A stretch of DNA of 64,000 nucleotides. Origin: Minisyncoccota bacterium. GTDB lineage: Bacteria > Patescibacteriota > Minisyncoccia > JAHIHE01 > JAGLIN01. The stretch lies in contig JAQVBZ010000003.1 in the NCBI GenBank assembly GCA_028690055.1, positions 7,779 through 71,778 of the forward strand, in the 5' to 3' direction. Shown here in pieces: positions 41,685 to 52,216 of the stretch. The notes beneath the pieces are model-generated. The model saw nothing but the letters and a program-made list of their open reading frames with translations. It had not been told where the DNA came from and did not search any database. Within the stretch, counting starts at the first letter, position 1, and every line of letters starts with the position of its first letter. Made by a program: the position numbers and the translations under genes.

Positions 41685-43220
41685 TTAAGATTTCTCTTGT
41701 ACCCATTTAAGAAGTCTCATAATCCCCTCTCCCGGTTTAGAAGAATTAGATGGGGGTATCTCTGTTTCTTCCTCCACGTATTCCTCCGTTACGGTTTCCG
41801 AAGAGTTGAAACATCTGTGGACAAGATCAAAGAAACCTCCTATGATATTTTTCAGCCCCTCCCCCTGTTCAAGCGGTACCTCTGATTTTTTCTCCGTTTC
41901 CGTTTCCGAAGAGTTAAAGTACGTCGGTACGACTTTCACATAGAAAGTCTTTTCAGCTTTAATATATCTTCCGCTGGCGTCACGTACCTCCACACGAATA
42001 CTCCTGTCTCCACTAGTCTCCACGAACATGATAGATGGAGTCTGCCAATGATAATCACCGGGTGTGGATACCTTTTTCACAAAGGTTCCATCGGCCTTAG
42101 AAAGAAAAATATAGAACGTGTCATCATCTTTGAGACCCGAACACTTCCTAAGATCCAAGGTGAAATAGGTATTCCATGTCACTTCTTTGGGGGTATCGCC
42201 AAAATCAATCGTTATACCACCATCGCCCACCTGGGTTTTTTCGGTAACGGATGTGGTAGTTCTATCTTTTTCACCTGATGATTTTATATATGAGGATTTA
42301 ATATTGATAAGATACGTTTCCTTCTCCAGGACTTTTTTTGCCCCGGAGTCATAAACAATAATATCTATTTTTTTCTCCCCGGAAGAATCGAATATATACT
42401 GCGTTTTAAGTGGACGAGACGGATGCTCAACGAAGAATTTCAGACTCTTGTCTTCGAAACCATCAACTTGAATATTGATGATCGCATCTGTACCGGCATA
42501 GAAACCTCCGAAGTCTAGGGTGACAGATTCTCCTATTCCGGGATTACTTGGCGTAATCCTAACCTTGAAGATAGATTTATTCGACTCTTTTGCGTTATTA
42601 ACAACGAAGATATACGTTTCTTCACGAATCACTCCTAATCTATTATTGACCGTTATCGTCAGATTATACCTTCCATTAGGTAGAGAATCTGTTCGATAAT
42701 TATCTGTGAAGAACGTTCGTTTGGTTGGAATCTCTCCTCCACTGATTGCCCCGCGTATTTTCTGGTCAATAAGGGCCGCTTCATCTCTAGGAACATCGGT
42801 GCCTATCGTGATGTTTATAAAATGATTCTCCTCAGAAACGATAGAAACTTCCAAATCCATCTTACTCGGCTCGATGATACGGAATTCGATTGTCTTCTCT
42901 CCTCCCTTTTGCTTCCCGTCCGTATCAAATACCCCATATTTTATTTTTGTTTTACCTTCTTTGTCCTCACTTGCCCTGAGTTCAATGCGATTAGCGCCTC
43001 CCGTAGGCTGTTCGGTAATTATTTCGAAGAACTTTTTATCGGACTCGGTTATTTTTAGAAGATACCCGCCACTCACAGACAGTACTATTTCCTCATTGTT
43101 AAAAACTTGATAGACAGGAGGATTCTTGGTAGGTATCTGCTGATTGTTTATTTTTAACTTAGCCGTCTCGCTTCCCAAAGCAGGAATACTGCAGAGACAA
43201 CAAATAAGTAAAACTATCAA
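41685..43220 (-). CDS. secreted beta-rich (Ig/PKD-like) surface protein
   Basis: Signal peptide ending SIPALG; ITPSNPGIGESVTLDF-type strands; true start may be ACG at 43280. Confidence 0.7.
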   Translation of the reverse strand: MIVLLICCLCSIPALGSETAKLKINNQQIPTKNPPVYQVFNNEEIVLSVSGGYLLKITESDKKFFEIITEQPTGGANRIELRASEDKEGKTKIKYGVFDTDGKQKGGEKTIEFRIIEPSKMDLEVSIVSEENHFINITIGTDVPRDEAALIDQKIRGAISGGEIPTKRTFFTDNYRTDSLPNGRYNLTITVNNRLGVIREETYIFVVNNAKESNKSIFKVRITPSNPGIGESVTLDFGGFYAGTDAIINIQVDGFEDKSLKFFVEHPSRPLKTQYIFDSSGEKKIDIIVYDSGAKKVLEKETYLINIKSSYIKSSGEKDRTTTSVTEKTQVGDGGITIDFGDTPKEVTWNTYFTLDLRKCSGLKDDDTFYIFLSKADGTFVKKVSTPGDYHWQTPSIMFVETSGDRSIRVEVRDASGRYIKAEKTFYVKVVPTYFNSSETETEKKSEVPLEQGEGLKNIIGGFFDLVHRCFNSSETVTEEYVEEETEIPPSNSSKPGEGIMRLLKWVQEKS

Positions 43221-43380
43221 GAATACTTTTAATGCGCCCTTTGTTAGTATTTTATCTATCGCTATATTTTTTGTTTTCGTTTCTCATTCCTCCTAGATTT
43301 TTGCTATTCAGCTTTCTTTTTTCTTAAGGTTTCTTGGTTAGAAACATACCACAAATTTCATCTGAAGTCAAGCATGTGGT

Positions 43381-43619
43381 CTTAAATTCTATTCTGAAGT
43401 GCAGTTCCCTTTTAAACAAAATATCGCTTGTCATCCCCCGATCAGATCAAGGGCAGGCTCTGAGATACTCCGAAGGATCCCGTTATCAGATTCCACGCGT
43501 TTTCTCACGGAATTCCTCGGAGTACCTCAGAATGACGATAATCAAAAGGTCGGTTTACTTAACTTTGGGGTGGCACAAAGAGAATTGAGTTGTAAAATGA
43601 AGCATTTCGTAATTCAAAG
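43381..43619. mobile_element. IS30-like left end fused to an inverted copy of the MITE-like element
   Basis: 43381-43421 matches IS30 end 58060-58100 at 38/41 nt; 43428-43619 is the reverse complement of about 41371-41563. Confidence 0.7.
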
Positions 43620-43711
43620 GAAGGCGGGAATCCTGCACGAACGAATACGAATTTACCCTCGCAAAAAAAACAGCAGCGTTTTGACGACTGCTATCTTTAT
43701 GCAAAAAGCCC

Positions 43712-45268
43712 TTAAACTGTGACACTTTTTTTCTTGCGCTTGCGGATGCGGATGAATCCGTAGATGGAAATGATTATCGCCCCGCCACCGATAGCCAAAA
43801 ACTTCCAAGAGTTTTTCGCGCTGTCGCTAATCTCTTCAAGAGGACGGTCGGAAACGTTCTTGGCGCGGATTGAGGAAAGATCGGCTGAACTGGAAATGCT
43901 CTCGACAAGATTGGTGAAAAATATTTCATTGTCCTGGATCGGCGTTTGAAAGAATACCGGTGATGCAAAATCACTGTCCCCGATCACAATCACCTGCCCG
44001 CCACCATTTTGCGCCGTCGAAATCGCAGCCAAAGTATTCTTGCTGCCATTTAGGAAAGAGAGGTTGGTGTTAGGAGTAAGCTTGATATTTTCAGAAATGG
44101 TCTCACTGCCCTTGCTGGAACCTATAAGGCTCTCAACCTCGTAACCGTCCTTGTTTTCTGTTTTGAGAGAAGAGGCCCAGAGGAATGTCAAAGTGTTCAG
44201 TTTGAATAGAGATGGATGATCGCTGAAGTTTTCCTTAACTGCTCTTACCCAATAGGGATACTCGATATAGTATATCGGCGAATTCAATTTGTCGTATACC
44301 AGGTCGTCATTAATCTCTATGCCGTATGTCTTAGTAAAATCATTCATATTGCTCTCGTTCTTTTTTACAAAGAAGCCTTGCTGCAACAAATCGATATCGA
44401 TATTATTCTTTTCTGACATCACTACGACTTTCCCGCCTTTGATAACAAAGTCATCCAAGACCGCTATCTCCTCCGCACTCAAAGTACTCGTCGGACCGGC
44501 GATGATCAAAGTCTTAGGTGAGACCGATTCTTTTTTCTCTATCTCGCCTTCCGCGGTAGCGACGGCCACGTAGAAACCCTTACTATCCTCTTCGGTGGAA
44601 ATGTTTACATCCTTGATCGTGTAAGACTTGGCCAGGTCGGTCGTAACTATAGCTTTCTCTCCGTGTCCTTGCAGGAAGGCGACGACTTCTTTATTTTCTG
44701 TGGAAACAGAATAGACGGCCGAGATCAGGTCATATTCAAAACTTCCCAACGCCGTGACGCTAGCGAGCGTTTCCGTCTTTGCATTACTCCCCTCGCCGGC
44801 AGAGATAGTCGCGCCGAAGAAGAAATTCTTGACCTCATACTTGTCCTTTTCCACCACCTGTCCTTGCAACTGAGGGATACCCTTGGATGCCAGATCCTGT
44901 ACGGTAGCAGTTTCATTGTCCGGCGCTTCGTATTTTACTGCCAGTTTACCTTTGGATAAATCTTCATATTGGTTCAGAAGGTCCTGAATTTGGGTCTTGA
45001 AAATAACATAATCCGACGGCAGATCTTTGGAGATGAAGAAAGTTACTGTCACCGGCTCGTCCAAGTTATTCAAGATATTTTTTGACGCTGGCGAAGCAGT
45101 ATATATCTTGTCCTGCGTTAGGTCCAGATAGAAGGAACTTTGCGAAACGAGATAATTAAAAGCCAGAAGGAAGACAAGGAAAATCACAGCCGAACCCTGA
45201 GTCGACTTCAACAAAGAGCCTTGCGACCTTTTAGTGATTGATGATAATTTCGGAATTTTTTTATTCAT
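43712..45268 (-). CDS. GldG-like ABC transport auxiliary component
   Basis: DLTQDKIYT.S, FLQGHGE, LIIAGP, VIVIGDSDF; follows GldF- and GldA-like genes. Confidence 0.85.
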   Translation of the reverse strand: MNKKIPKLSSITKRSQGSLLKSTQGSAVIFLVFLLAFNYLVSQSSFYLDLTQDKIYTASPASKNILNNLDEPVTVTFFISKDLPSDYVIFKTQIQDLLNQYEDLSKGKLAVKYEAPDNETATVQDLASKGIPQLQGQVVEKDKYEVKNFFFGATISAGEGSNAKTETLASVTALGSFEYDLISAVYSVSTENKEVVAFLQGHGEKAIVTTDLAKSYTIKDVNISTEEDSKGFYVAVATAEGEIEKKESVSPKTLIIAGPTSTLSAEEIAVLDDFVIKGGKVVVMSEKNNIDIDLLQQGFFVKKNESNMNDFTKTYGIEINDDLVYDKLNSPIYYIEYPYWVRAVKENFSDHPSLFKLNTLTFLWASSLKTENKDGYEVESLIGSSKGSETISENIKLTPNTNLSFLNGSKNTLAAISTAQNGGGQVIVIGDSDFASPVFFQTPIQDNEIFFTNLVESISSSADLSSIRAKNVSDRPLEEISDSAKNSWKFLAIGGGAIIISIYGFIRIRKRKKKSVTV

Positions 45269-45343
45269 AAGATTAATTAGGGTTATTGACAAATAGACAA
45301 TTCATGCTATCATATCCTCATAAAATAGGTAGGGAGAATTAGT

Positions 45344-45502
45344 ATGACAGTGGAAACAAAAAATAAAATTTTTTTGTTGCATATCACTTCGCAACTTATC
45401 ACTCGGATATGCAATATGATAGACTACGCGATATACGGGTGTTATCCTGTATTCAACAAAGAACAAGCTAATGAAAGGAAGAGAGACATGAAGAGAACCT
45501 GA
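45344..45502 (+). CDS. 52-aa antisense microprotein within the Gld-like operon (not in ORF track)
   Basis: MTVETKNKIFLLHITSQLITRICNMIDYAIYGCYPVFNKEQANERKRDMKRT*; TTGACA-N16-TATCAT promoter, AGGGAG SD, hairpin plus T-rich tract. Confidence 0.55.
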   Translation: MTVETKNKIFLLHITSQLITRICNMIDYAIYGCYPVFNKEQANERKRDMKRT

Positions 45503-45528
45503 ATTCAGGCTCTTCTTTTTTCTAAAAA

Positions 45529-46245
45529 TTACTTCCACTTCCTCTCTTTGATTGCTTGCGTATTTAAGAAAAGGAAAAATATCACGACGGAAAAATAATA
45601 AACCAAATCCTTGAGCGAAATAACACCGCGCAAAATAGAGTTGAAGTGCGTTGCCAAACTGATGTTCTTTCCGACGATAGCAATGATGGAAGGTGCAGTA
45701 TCAAGAACGAAAGAACTTCCGACGATATAAAAAAGAAATATTACAACCAGAGACAAAAGGAAGGCGGTAATCTGATTTTTCGTAACCGAAGATACCCAAA
45801 GCCCGATGGCGATATAGGCAGCACCCAGAAAAAGCGTACCCAGATAACCGGCAAAGATCAGCCCCCAATCCGGCTCACTTAAACTTCCTAACATCAAAGG
45901 AATCATAAAAGTGAAAAACAAAAGTTTCACCAAAAAAACGAATGCTGCCAAAAACTTTCCCAGCACCACCTGGATATTTTCCAAAGGCAGCGTAAGTAGC
46001 ACCTCTGCCGTGCCACTTCTCTTTTCTTCCGCCCAAGAAGACATTGTGACAGCCGGTAAGATAAAAATGAGAATAGCCGGCATCAACGCAAAGAATCCAC
46101 GCATCGTAGCTTGACCGGAGATAAAGAATCCCTGCATAAAAAGCCAGCCACTGGCTACCAAAAATACACTGGCGACCAGATAGCCCAGAGGAGAATTGAA
46201 ATAGGAATTGATTTCCTTTTTTGCAAGTGTAATAGTTCTATTCAT
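45529..46245 (-). CDS. GldF-like ABC-2 permease
   Basis: KEINSYFNSPLGY, EEKRSGT.E.LLT.P, KNQI.AF. Confidence 0.88.
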   Translation of the reverse strand: MNRTITLAKKEINSYFNSPLGYLVASVFLVASGWLFMQGFFISGQATMRGFFALMPAILIFILPAVTMSSWAEEKRSGTAEVLLTLPLENIQVVLGKFLAAFVFLVKLLFFTFMIPLMLGSLSEPDWGLIFAGYLGTLFLGAAYIAIGLWVSSVTKNQITAFLLSLVVIFLFYIVGSSFVLDTAPSIIAIVGKNISLATHFNSILRGVISLKDLVYYFSVVIFFLFLNTQAIKERKWK

Positions 46246-47167
46246 TTCCTTGATCCGTTAAATTGATAAAAATATCTTCCAAGCTGGTTTCTTGTTTTTC
46301 AAGCGCCAAAAGTCCTGCACCGCTCTCTACTACCGTCCGGGCGACCTCGGCACGGATATCCGTTTCCTTAAGGACTTCGATATCTATTTTCTTTCCCTCG
46401 AACTTCACCCCAATCACACCATCAAGACTTTGCAATTTTTCTTCCAACGATTGCGATTCTCCTCGGACCTCTATCTTTATCAGAGTATTCGCCTTGCCTT
46501 CTTTCTCCAAATCCTCAGGAACACCATCTGCCACAATCTTGCCTCGATTGATAATGATCACACGCGAACAAGTCGATCGCACCTCGGAAAGGATATGACT
46601 GGACAAAATAATCGTCCGATCCTTGCCGATCTCTTTGATGAGATCACGGATTTCAATTCTCTGCTTCGGATCCAGCCCGGTAGTCGGTTCATCAAGAATG
46701 ATTATTCTGGGATTATGTATGAGTGCCTGCGCGATGCCTACTCTCTGCCGATAACCTTTGGAAAGCGTACTTATCTCCGCATTCTTCTTCTCGGACAATG
46801 CGCATTTTTTTATGACTTCTTTCACTTTGCCGTCGATTTCTTCTTCGCTTATACCCTGCATTCTGCCGATAAATCCCAGATATTCCACAACCAGCATATC
46901 TTCATACAATGGCGCTTGCTCCGGCAGATAGCCGATCTTGCTTTTTATCTTCTGATCCATCAGAGGATTATTGACATCCATTCCCTCAATCTCCACCTCG
47001 CCTGCGCTGGGTTTTAAAAAAGATACCAGAATGCGCAGCAGCGTAGTCTTACCGGCGCCGTTCGGACCCAATAGTCCGACCACTTCCCCCTCCTTGAGCT
47101 CGAAAGATACGTCACGTAGCGCTATGAAATCTCCGTATTTTTTTGTCAGATGTTCAACTTTGATCAT
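46238..47167 (-). CDS. GldA-like ABC ATP-binding protein
   Basis: GPNGAGKTT, LSKGYRQRVGIAQA, DEPTTGLDP. Confidence 0.9.
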   Translation of the reverse strand: MIKVEHLTKKYGDFIALRDVSFELKEGEVVGLLGPNGAGKTTLLRILVSFLKPSAGEVEIEGMDVNNPLMDQKIKSKIGYLPEQAPLYEDMLVVEYLGFIGRMQGISEEEIDGKVKEVIKKCALSEKKNAEISTLSKGYRQRVGIAQALIHNPRIIILDEPTTGLDPKQRIEIRDLIKEIGKDRTIILSSHILSEVRSTCSRVIIINRGKIVADGVPEDLEKEGKANTLIKIEVRGESQSLEEKLQSLDGVIGVKFEGKKIDIEVLKETDIRAEVARTVVESGAGLLALEKQETSLEDIFINLTDQGNE

Positions 47168-47328
47168 TGTTTTATATTACTTCTAAAATATCATTTTCTC
47201 GAACCATATATATGCCGAGATACCTCGGACATGTTCCCAAGCATTTTTTGCTGGCGCAAATTTTCATTTTTTTATCGTACAAGATTCTCCGCAAAGCGAG
47301 GGGGCATAGCATTAAGCTATTCGAGAAA

Positions 47329-48630
47329 TCAATCCCGCTTGACGAGATGGTTCAATTCCTTGTTCATATTTTCCAGAACCTGGAGATAATAGTTAAGAAA
47401 AAAACTATGGATGCTGTGCCACTTCTTTTCCCGATACATCTGCTCCACCCCCAAACGTCTCAGAGTTTTGAAAAATTCCTCATCTTCCGTATGTTCTACC
47501 ACCGCCTCTAAAGCCATATCAAGCTGCCTGAAACCGTAAAAATTATAATCCACACCGACTTTACGGGAGCTGAGGAATAATAAAAGTTGAGGCAAGAGCA
47601 TCTCCTCTTTCTGCTCGCCGACATTCACCCAAATTTCCCGAGCCTCCTTCTTACTGAAACCGTGACTTCTGACGACCGGGTCCACGGCGCGAATGACCTC
47701 TAGCAACTCCTTACATAGATCAAAGAATATTTCCCGATCATCGATAGACTGCGACTGGTATATTATAAGTTCATTGCCGGGAAAAATCTTGAAGCCGAAT
47801 CCTTCACTCACAAGTGTCTTATTATTCATTTGCGCTCTGAGGATACATATCTTAATCATAACATCCGAATTGCTGTATATGGTATTTTCCGGCGTATCTG
47901 AACGAAAAGAGCCGATTTTCTTCCCCAAGTTTTCCAATATCTCCACTGACTCAGCATTACCGTTTTCTAAAATAAGCTTTTTCAATTTCTTGGCATTTTC
48001 CGTCTTGCAGAAAAGCAGTTTTTTGGCAATACTCTTCTCCAAGCCGGTATGCTGAACCTTTGTAAAATAGTTTTCAATGAAAAAATCTATCTGTTCCTCC
48101 TGTTTGAAATCCAGGAGGTAATTCAACGATACGGCCTTTTCCACATTGTCGGTGTCCTTGCTGAAAATAAGCTCGCGTAATTTATTTTCATACTGGATAA
48201 GCATATCCTGCTTGAAAAGATAATCCAAGACACAGCCCAGCCCGATGCCGTTCAAATTGAAATCTTGGCGGAATTCCAAGTCAGCGCAGTAATCGAGATA
48301 CATTGCTGCCATCCTGTCTCCTATGTCGCTGAAATAGTTCCTCTCTGCCATAAGGAATAGCGCCATCGGAATGTGTTCTTTTTGAATCTCATAGCTTTCA
48401 AGAAGCTCGTTCAATCTCCTGCCCAAATTCTGATAATCCAGACGGGAGAGACTCCAGATAAAGTAATATCCCACAGAGGAATATCTATGCTTCTTGTATC
48501 CGTCCAGAATAGGGTACACGAAGATACCGTTTCCCGATTCATCCATATATTCTAAGACATCGTAAATTTGCGGCTCATGTTTAGCATTATATAGATCTGA
48601 AATAAGTTTAGAATCTTCCTCTGATTGCAT
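47329..48630 (-). CDS. hypothetical alpha-helical protein
   Basis: Long ORF with no recognised motif. Confidence 0.7.
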   Translation of the reverse strand: MQSEEDSKLISDLYNAKHEPQIYDVLEYMDESGNGIFVYPILDGYKKHRYSSVGYYFIWSLSRLDYQNLGRRLNELLESYEIQKEHIPMALFLMAERNYFSDIGDRMAAMYLDYCADLEFRQDFNLNGIGLGCVLDYLFKQDMLIQYENKLRELIFSKDTDNVEKAVSLNYLLDFKQEEQIDFFIENYFTKVQHTGLEKSIAKKLLFCKTENAKKLKKLILENGNAESVEILENLGKKIGSFRSDTPENTIYSNSDVMIKICILRAQMNNKTLVSEGFGFKIFPGNELIIYQSQSIDDREIFFDLCKELLEVIRAVDPVVRSHGFSKKEAREIWVNVGEQKEEMLLPQLLLFLSSRKVGVDYNFYGFRQLDMALEAVVEHTEDEEFFKTLRRLGVEQMYREKKWHSIHSFFLNYYLQVLENMNKELNHLVKRD

Positions 48631-49019
48631 ATTTTTTCCCTTAATAATCAACCGCCCTGCTCTTTTTGAAAATAAAAAAACTGCAAATGAAACAGAAGTT
48701 TTTCCAGCTTGTGTCTCTGGACGTCTTTATTTCTCCACATTATTATACGCTTTTTGTCTGTTTTTCTTTTCCTTGAATTCTTTAGGCAAATGAGTGCGAT
48801 GTTTCATATATTTCATTATCATACACTTTCTAAAAAAAATCAAAAAAATATGAGGCGTTTATCCCCAAGGGCCCTTTTTAAAGCGAAAACAGGGTCAGGA
48901 GATTAAAAATAACCGGGTTTTTTCATTCATCATAAAGGAATCCGCGCTACAGAAAAAGAGACGAGATAAATCAACGTCTCTATTTCTCACAGACAAGGGT
49001 TTTAACATTAGTTTTAGAA

Positions 49020-49424
49020 TCACCTCGCTTTCAAGATATCCCTGATTTCCGTCAGAAGCTTTTCCTCCACACCGGGAGGGGCGACTTCCTGTGGCTTTTC
49101 CCGCTCGGCCTTTTTTGTCAGCCGATTGGAAAATTTAACCACCATAAAAACCGCAAAGGCGATGAACAGAAAATCCACAACATTCTGCAAGAACAAGCCG
49201 TAGCTAATCGCCACCTCCGAGTTGGTAGCGGTAGCTTTTTCGAGCACAATTTTCAAATTGCGAAAATCTACCCGACCAAGAAGCAATCCGATGGGCGGCA
49301 TCAGGACATCGCTCACAAAAGAAGAAATAATCTTGCCGAACGCACCCCCGATAATAACGGCGACCGCCAGATCGAGAACGTTGCCCTTGATAGCAAACTG
49401 TTTGAATTCTTCAATGATTTTCAT
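49020..49424 (-). CDS. mscL: large-conductance mechanosensitive channel
   Basis: EEFKQFAIKGNVLDLAVAVIIGGAF; LLTEIRDIL. Confidence 0.96.
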   Translation of the reverse strand: MKIIEEFKQFAIKGNVLDLAVAVIIGGAFGKIISSFVSDVLMPPIGLLLGRVDFRNLKIVLEKATATNSEVAISYGLFLQNVVDFLFIAFAVFMVVKFSNRLTKKAEREKPQEVAPPGVEEKLLTEIRDILKAR

Positions 49425-49468
49425 ATTTTTTTCTTACGATTTAATAGCTTGCAAAAATAAGACAAGCT

Positions 49469-51124
49469 CTATTTCAGAAATCCTCCGTCTTTATAATAAT
49501 CAAGCTCTGTCTGGTTGACGTCAATGACCTGGTCCCAATTAAAATTGTACCTGTCGAATACAGCCGCATTATAGATCTTCTTTTTCGTATCACCCTGGAT
49601 CAGATAAATATCATTGGAACCGCTCAGCCGGACGAGATTAGAAATAGTATAAGACTCCATCTCCTTTTTGGATATGATCTGTACATCCTCCATCCTATTG
49701 CCATAAGAATTAAAAATCTCCAAGGTGGGAATAAATTTACGGACACCGCCACTGAGATAATAGACGCTAGGTTCCTTACTGGCCCGAATAAGAAATGCGG
49801 TCTTGTATTTGTTGACCACGGAAACGTTCACATCTTTTACATCATTCCAATCGAAACCGTAATCTATGAAAATTTCCGGGTTGGGAATATGACGCTTGAT
49901 ACCGTTCGTCACTAGAAAAATCTTGGCGTCCCCGGACTGCCTGATAAGGTTGTCTTCGAAATCAGCAATCTTGTTGAGCTCCGCATCCGAAAGAATTTTG
50001 ATATTGGTCCACTGATACCCCAGTTGCTCGAAGACTTCGGGAGTCGAAATCCATTTTTTCTTCCCGCCGATCATCACATATACTTTAGTAGAGGAAGCGG
50101 TCTTGATAAGAGTACCGTCGCCGTTGGACGGTGTAGGAGTCGGAGTGGGAGTAGGCGTGGGTGCGGGTGCTGGAGTCGCTTTGTACGTTGCTGTTAGACT
50201 GAGTCCGTGATCGGGTATGGTGACTATCGTCGTCGAGGAGGTCGTGCTGGAGATATTGCCCGTATCCCCGGTCCAACGGTCGAAAACTCTGCCCGAAGCT
50301 GGCGCATTCGCATTAACCGTTACTTTCTCCCCGAGATAATACGTTCCCGAACCGGAACCGTTATTAACGGAGAGGGTGTACACGACGGCATTAGTGTCCC
50401 GGTACGTCGCTGTCAGACTGATGTTGCCTTCCGGGATTGTGACCCTAGTGGCAGAAGCATAGAAATCATAAACAAGACCGACGTCGCCCGTCCACTGATC
50501 GAATAATTTGCCATAAGCCGGAGCATTGGCTGAAATATTCACCACGGTGCCGGGAGTATAGGAACCGGATCCGGAACCGCCATTTACTGTGAGGCTATAC
50601 TTGGGTATGGCTACCGTTTTGAAATTCGCAGTAAGATTGATGTTCCCTTCCGGAACAGTAACTTTGGTGTTCGCAGCATAAAAGTCATTCACATAACCGA
50701 TATCGCCCGACCATTGATCAAAGGCCTGACCCACCCCCGGAGTATTAGCATAGATACTCACCTCGGTACCGGCAGTATAAGTCCCCGAACCGCTGCCGCC
50801 CGTAACCGTAAGGGTATATTTCGAAACAGGCGCATCCTTATAAGTCGCAATCAAAACGATATCGCTTTCCGGAATCGTCACCTTGGTGCTAGATGCGTAA
50901 ATATCAAAAACATAGTTGATATTCCCCGCCCATTTATCAAAAACCTGACCGGCAGGAGGAGTATAAGCCATAATATTCACATTCATGCCGGGAGCATAAG
51001 AACCCGATCCGGAGCCTCTCGTAACATCGAGATAGTAATCTTCCGAAGCCGCCAGAACACCAAAAGCCGCAGAGCAGGATAAGATGCAGAGCAAAATAAA
51101 AGATTTTATAACTTTCATGTTCAT
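49469..51124 (-). CDS. secreted repeat protein (divergent InlB B-repeat-like units, PT linker, C-terminal repeats)
   Basis: Four YxLTVxGGSGSGxY...FDxWxG units of ~75 aa, a (PT)n linker and four ~50-aa LIR...VY.I..G.K..I...E.F repeats. Confidence 0.8.
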   Translation of the reverse strand: MNMKVIKSFILLCILSCSAAFGVLAASEDYYLDVTRGSGSGSYAPGMNVNIMAYTPPAGQVFDKWAGNINYVFDIYASSTKVTIPESDIVLIATYKDAPVSKYTLTVTGGSGSGTYTAGTEVSIYANTPGVGQAFDQWSGDIGYVNDFYAANTKVTVPEGNINLTANFKTVAIPKYSLTVNGGSGSGSYTPGTVVNISANAPAYGKLFDQWTGDVGLVYDFYASATRVTIPEGNISLTATYRDTNAVVYTLSVNNGSGSGTYYLGEKVTVNANAPASGRVFDRWTGDTGNISSTTSSTTIVTIPDHGLSLTATYKATPAPAPTPTPTPTPTPSNGDGTLIKTASSTKVYVMIGGKKKWISTPEVFEQLGYQWTNIKILSDAELNKIADFEDNLIRQSGDAKIFLVTNGIKRHIPNPEIFIDYGFDWNDVKDVNVSVVNKYKTAFLIRASKEPSVYYLSGGVRKFIPTLEIFNSYGNRMEDVQIISKKEMESYTISNLVRLSGSNDIYLIQGDTKKKIYNAAVFDRYNFNWDQVIDVNQTELDYYKDGGFLK

Positions 51125-51322
51125 TTAAGTCAAATGGAAAATAGGCGGAAGATTATACTCATATCCGCTATTAAAATTATAACACACTGGCCCGTCTGAG
51201 TCTACAAAAAATAGCGTAAGACAGCGTTTTTATCCAGCGACAGCCCCCTGTAAGCCAAAGGATTTTTACCATCAATAAAAAATCCCGTGCCATTTGAGAT
51301 TTTCGATATGGAATATAAATTT

Positions 51323-52057
51323 TTACTTACCCGCCCGCTTATTTCTCGCCAATATAAAGCCCAAATCACGCTCAAACTGTGAGGGAAAGATTTGCACGCT
51401 AAAACCGTGTTCGCGCAATATCGTCTCAATCTCCCGGTGATTCCTCCCGTCGTAATCGTGATATTCCAAAAAAATGTTATGGATTTTGGCGAAATCTTCT
51501 TCTGTCAGATTTTCAAAAACTTCATACTCGCCCGCTTCGATATCCATTTTCATAAGATCGACGGCGCTGATGTGATTTGTCTCGAGAAAATCCGCAAGAG
51601 AAACCGCCACTACTTTTTCTGTTTGAGCATCTTCCGCTATATTTTTCTCACTGTCTGATATAAGATGATGATTGATGCTGTCCGACGCGAGAGCGAGTTC
51701 CCGTTCCCCGGCCCTACCGGCAAGCGCAACTTTGTGAGTCTTTACGTTCCCCAACTTATTGACAGAAATATTTTTCAAAAGCAACGCAAAATTGACCCTC
51801 TCCGGCTCCAGCGCATATATTTTCAAAGTCGGATTTAGTGCAGAAACATATAGGGAGAAAATGCCAATGTGAGCACCCACGTCCAAAATCGGCAGATTGC
51901 CTTTCTCGATGATTTCTTCGATTACTTTATAATCCCGCCATTCGAATATTTCCGCCACCACGCTTTCGTCAGCATCCGGCCGCAAGCGAATCTCGAATTT
52001 CCGCTTGTGAAATTCTATCCTTTCCAAAAGTAATTTTTCCTGCTTTTCTTTTTTCAT
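51323..52057 (-). CDS. FkbM family methyltransferase
   Basis: LDVGAHIG.FS, ALEP, MKMDIEAGEY, FLEYH. Confidence 0.88.
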   Translation of the reverse strand: MKKEKQEKLLLERIEFHKRKFEIRLRPDADESVVAEIFEWRDYKVIEEIIEKGNLPILDVGAHIGIFSLYVSALNPTLKIYALEPERVNFALLLKNISVNKLGNVKTHKVALAGRAGERELALASDSINHHLISDSEKNIAEDAQTEKVVAVSLADFLETNHISAVDLMKMDIEAGEYEVFENLTEEDFAKIHNIFLEYHDYDGRNHREIETILREHGFSVQIFPSQFERDLGFILARNKRAGK

Positions 52058-52090
52058 AAAATTTTTTTATCCCCTAACGATAGTTTGATA

Positions 52091-52196
52091 TGGAGTAGCA
52101 GACTTTAGTCTGCGCAACATCTAATGCAGACAGAACGAGTATACACAACGTCTTTTTCGCGCTTCCCGCCAGCAAGGACCAAAACCCTCTTCTCCA
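52091..52196. repeat. GTAG-type REPIN-like element
   Basis: TGGAGTAGCAGACTTTAGTCTGCGC..., homologous to 4515-4618. Confidence 0.7.
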
Positions 52197-52216
52197 CACA
52201 ATAGATAGTTATCTGA

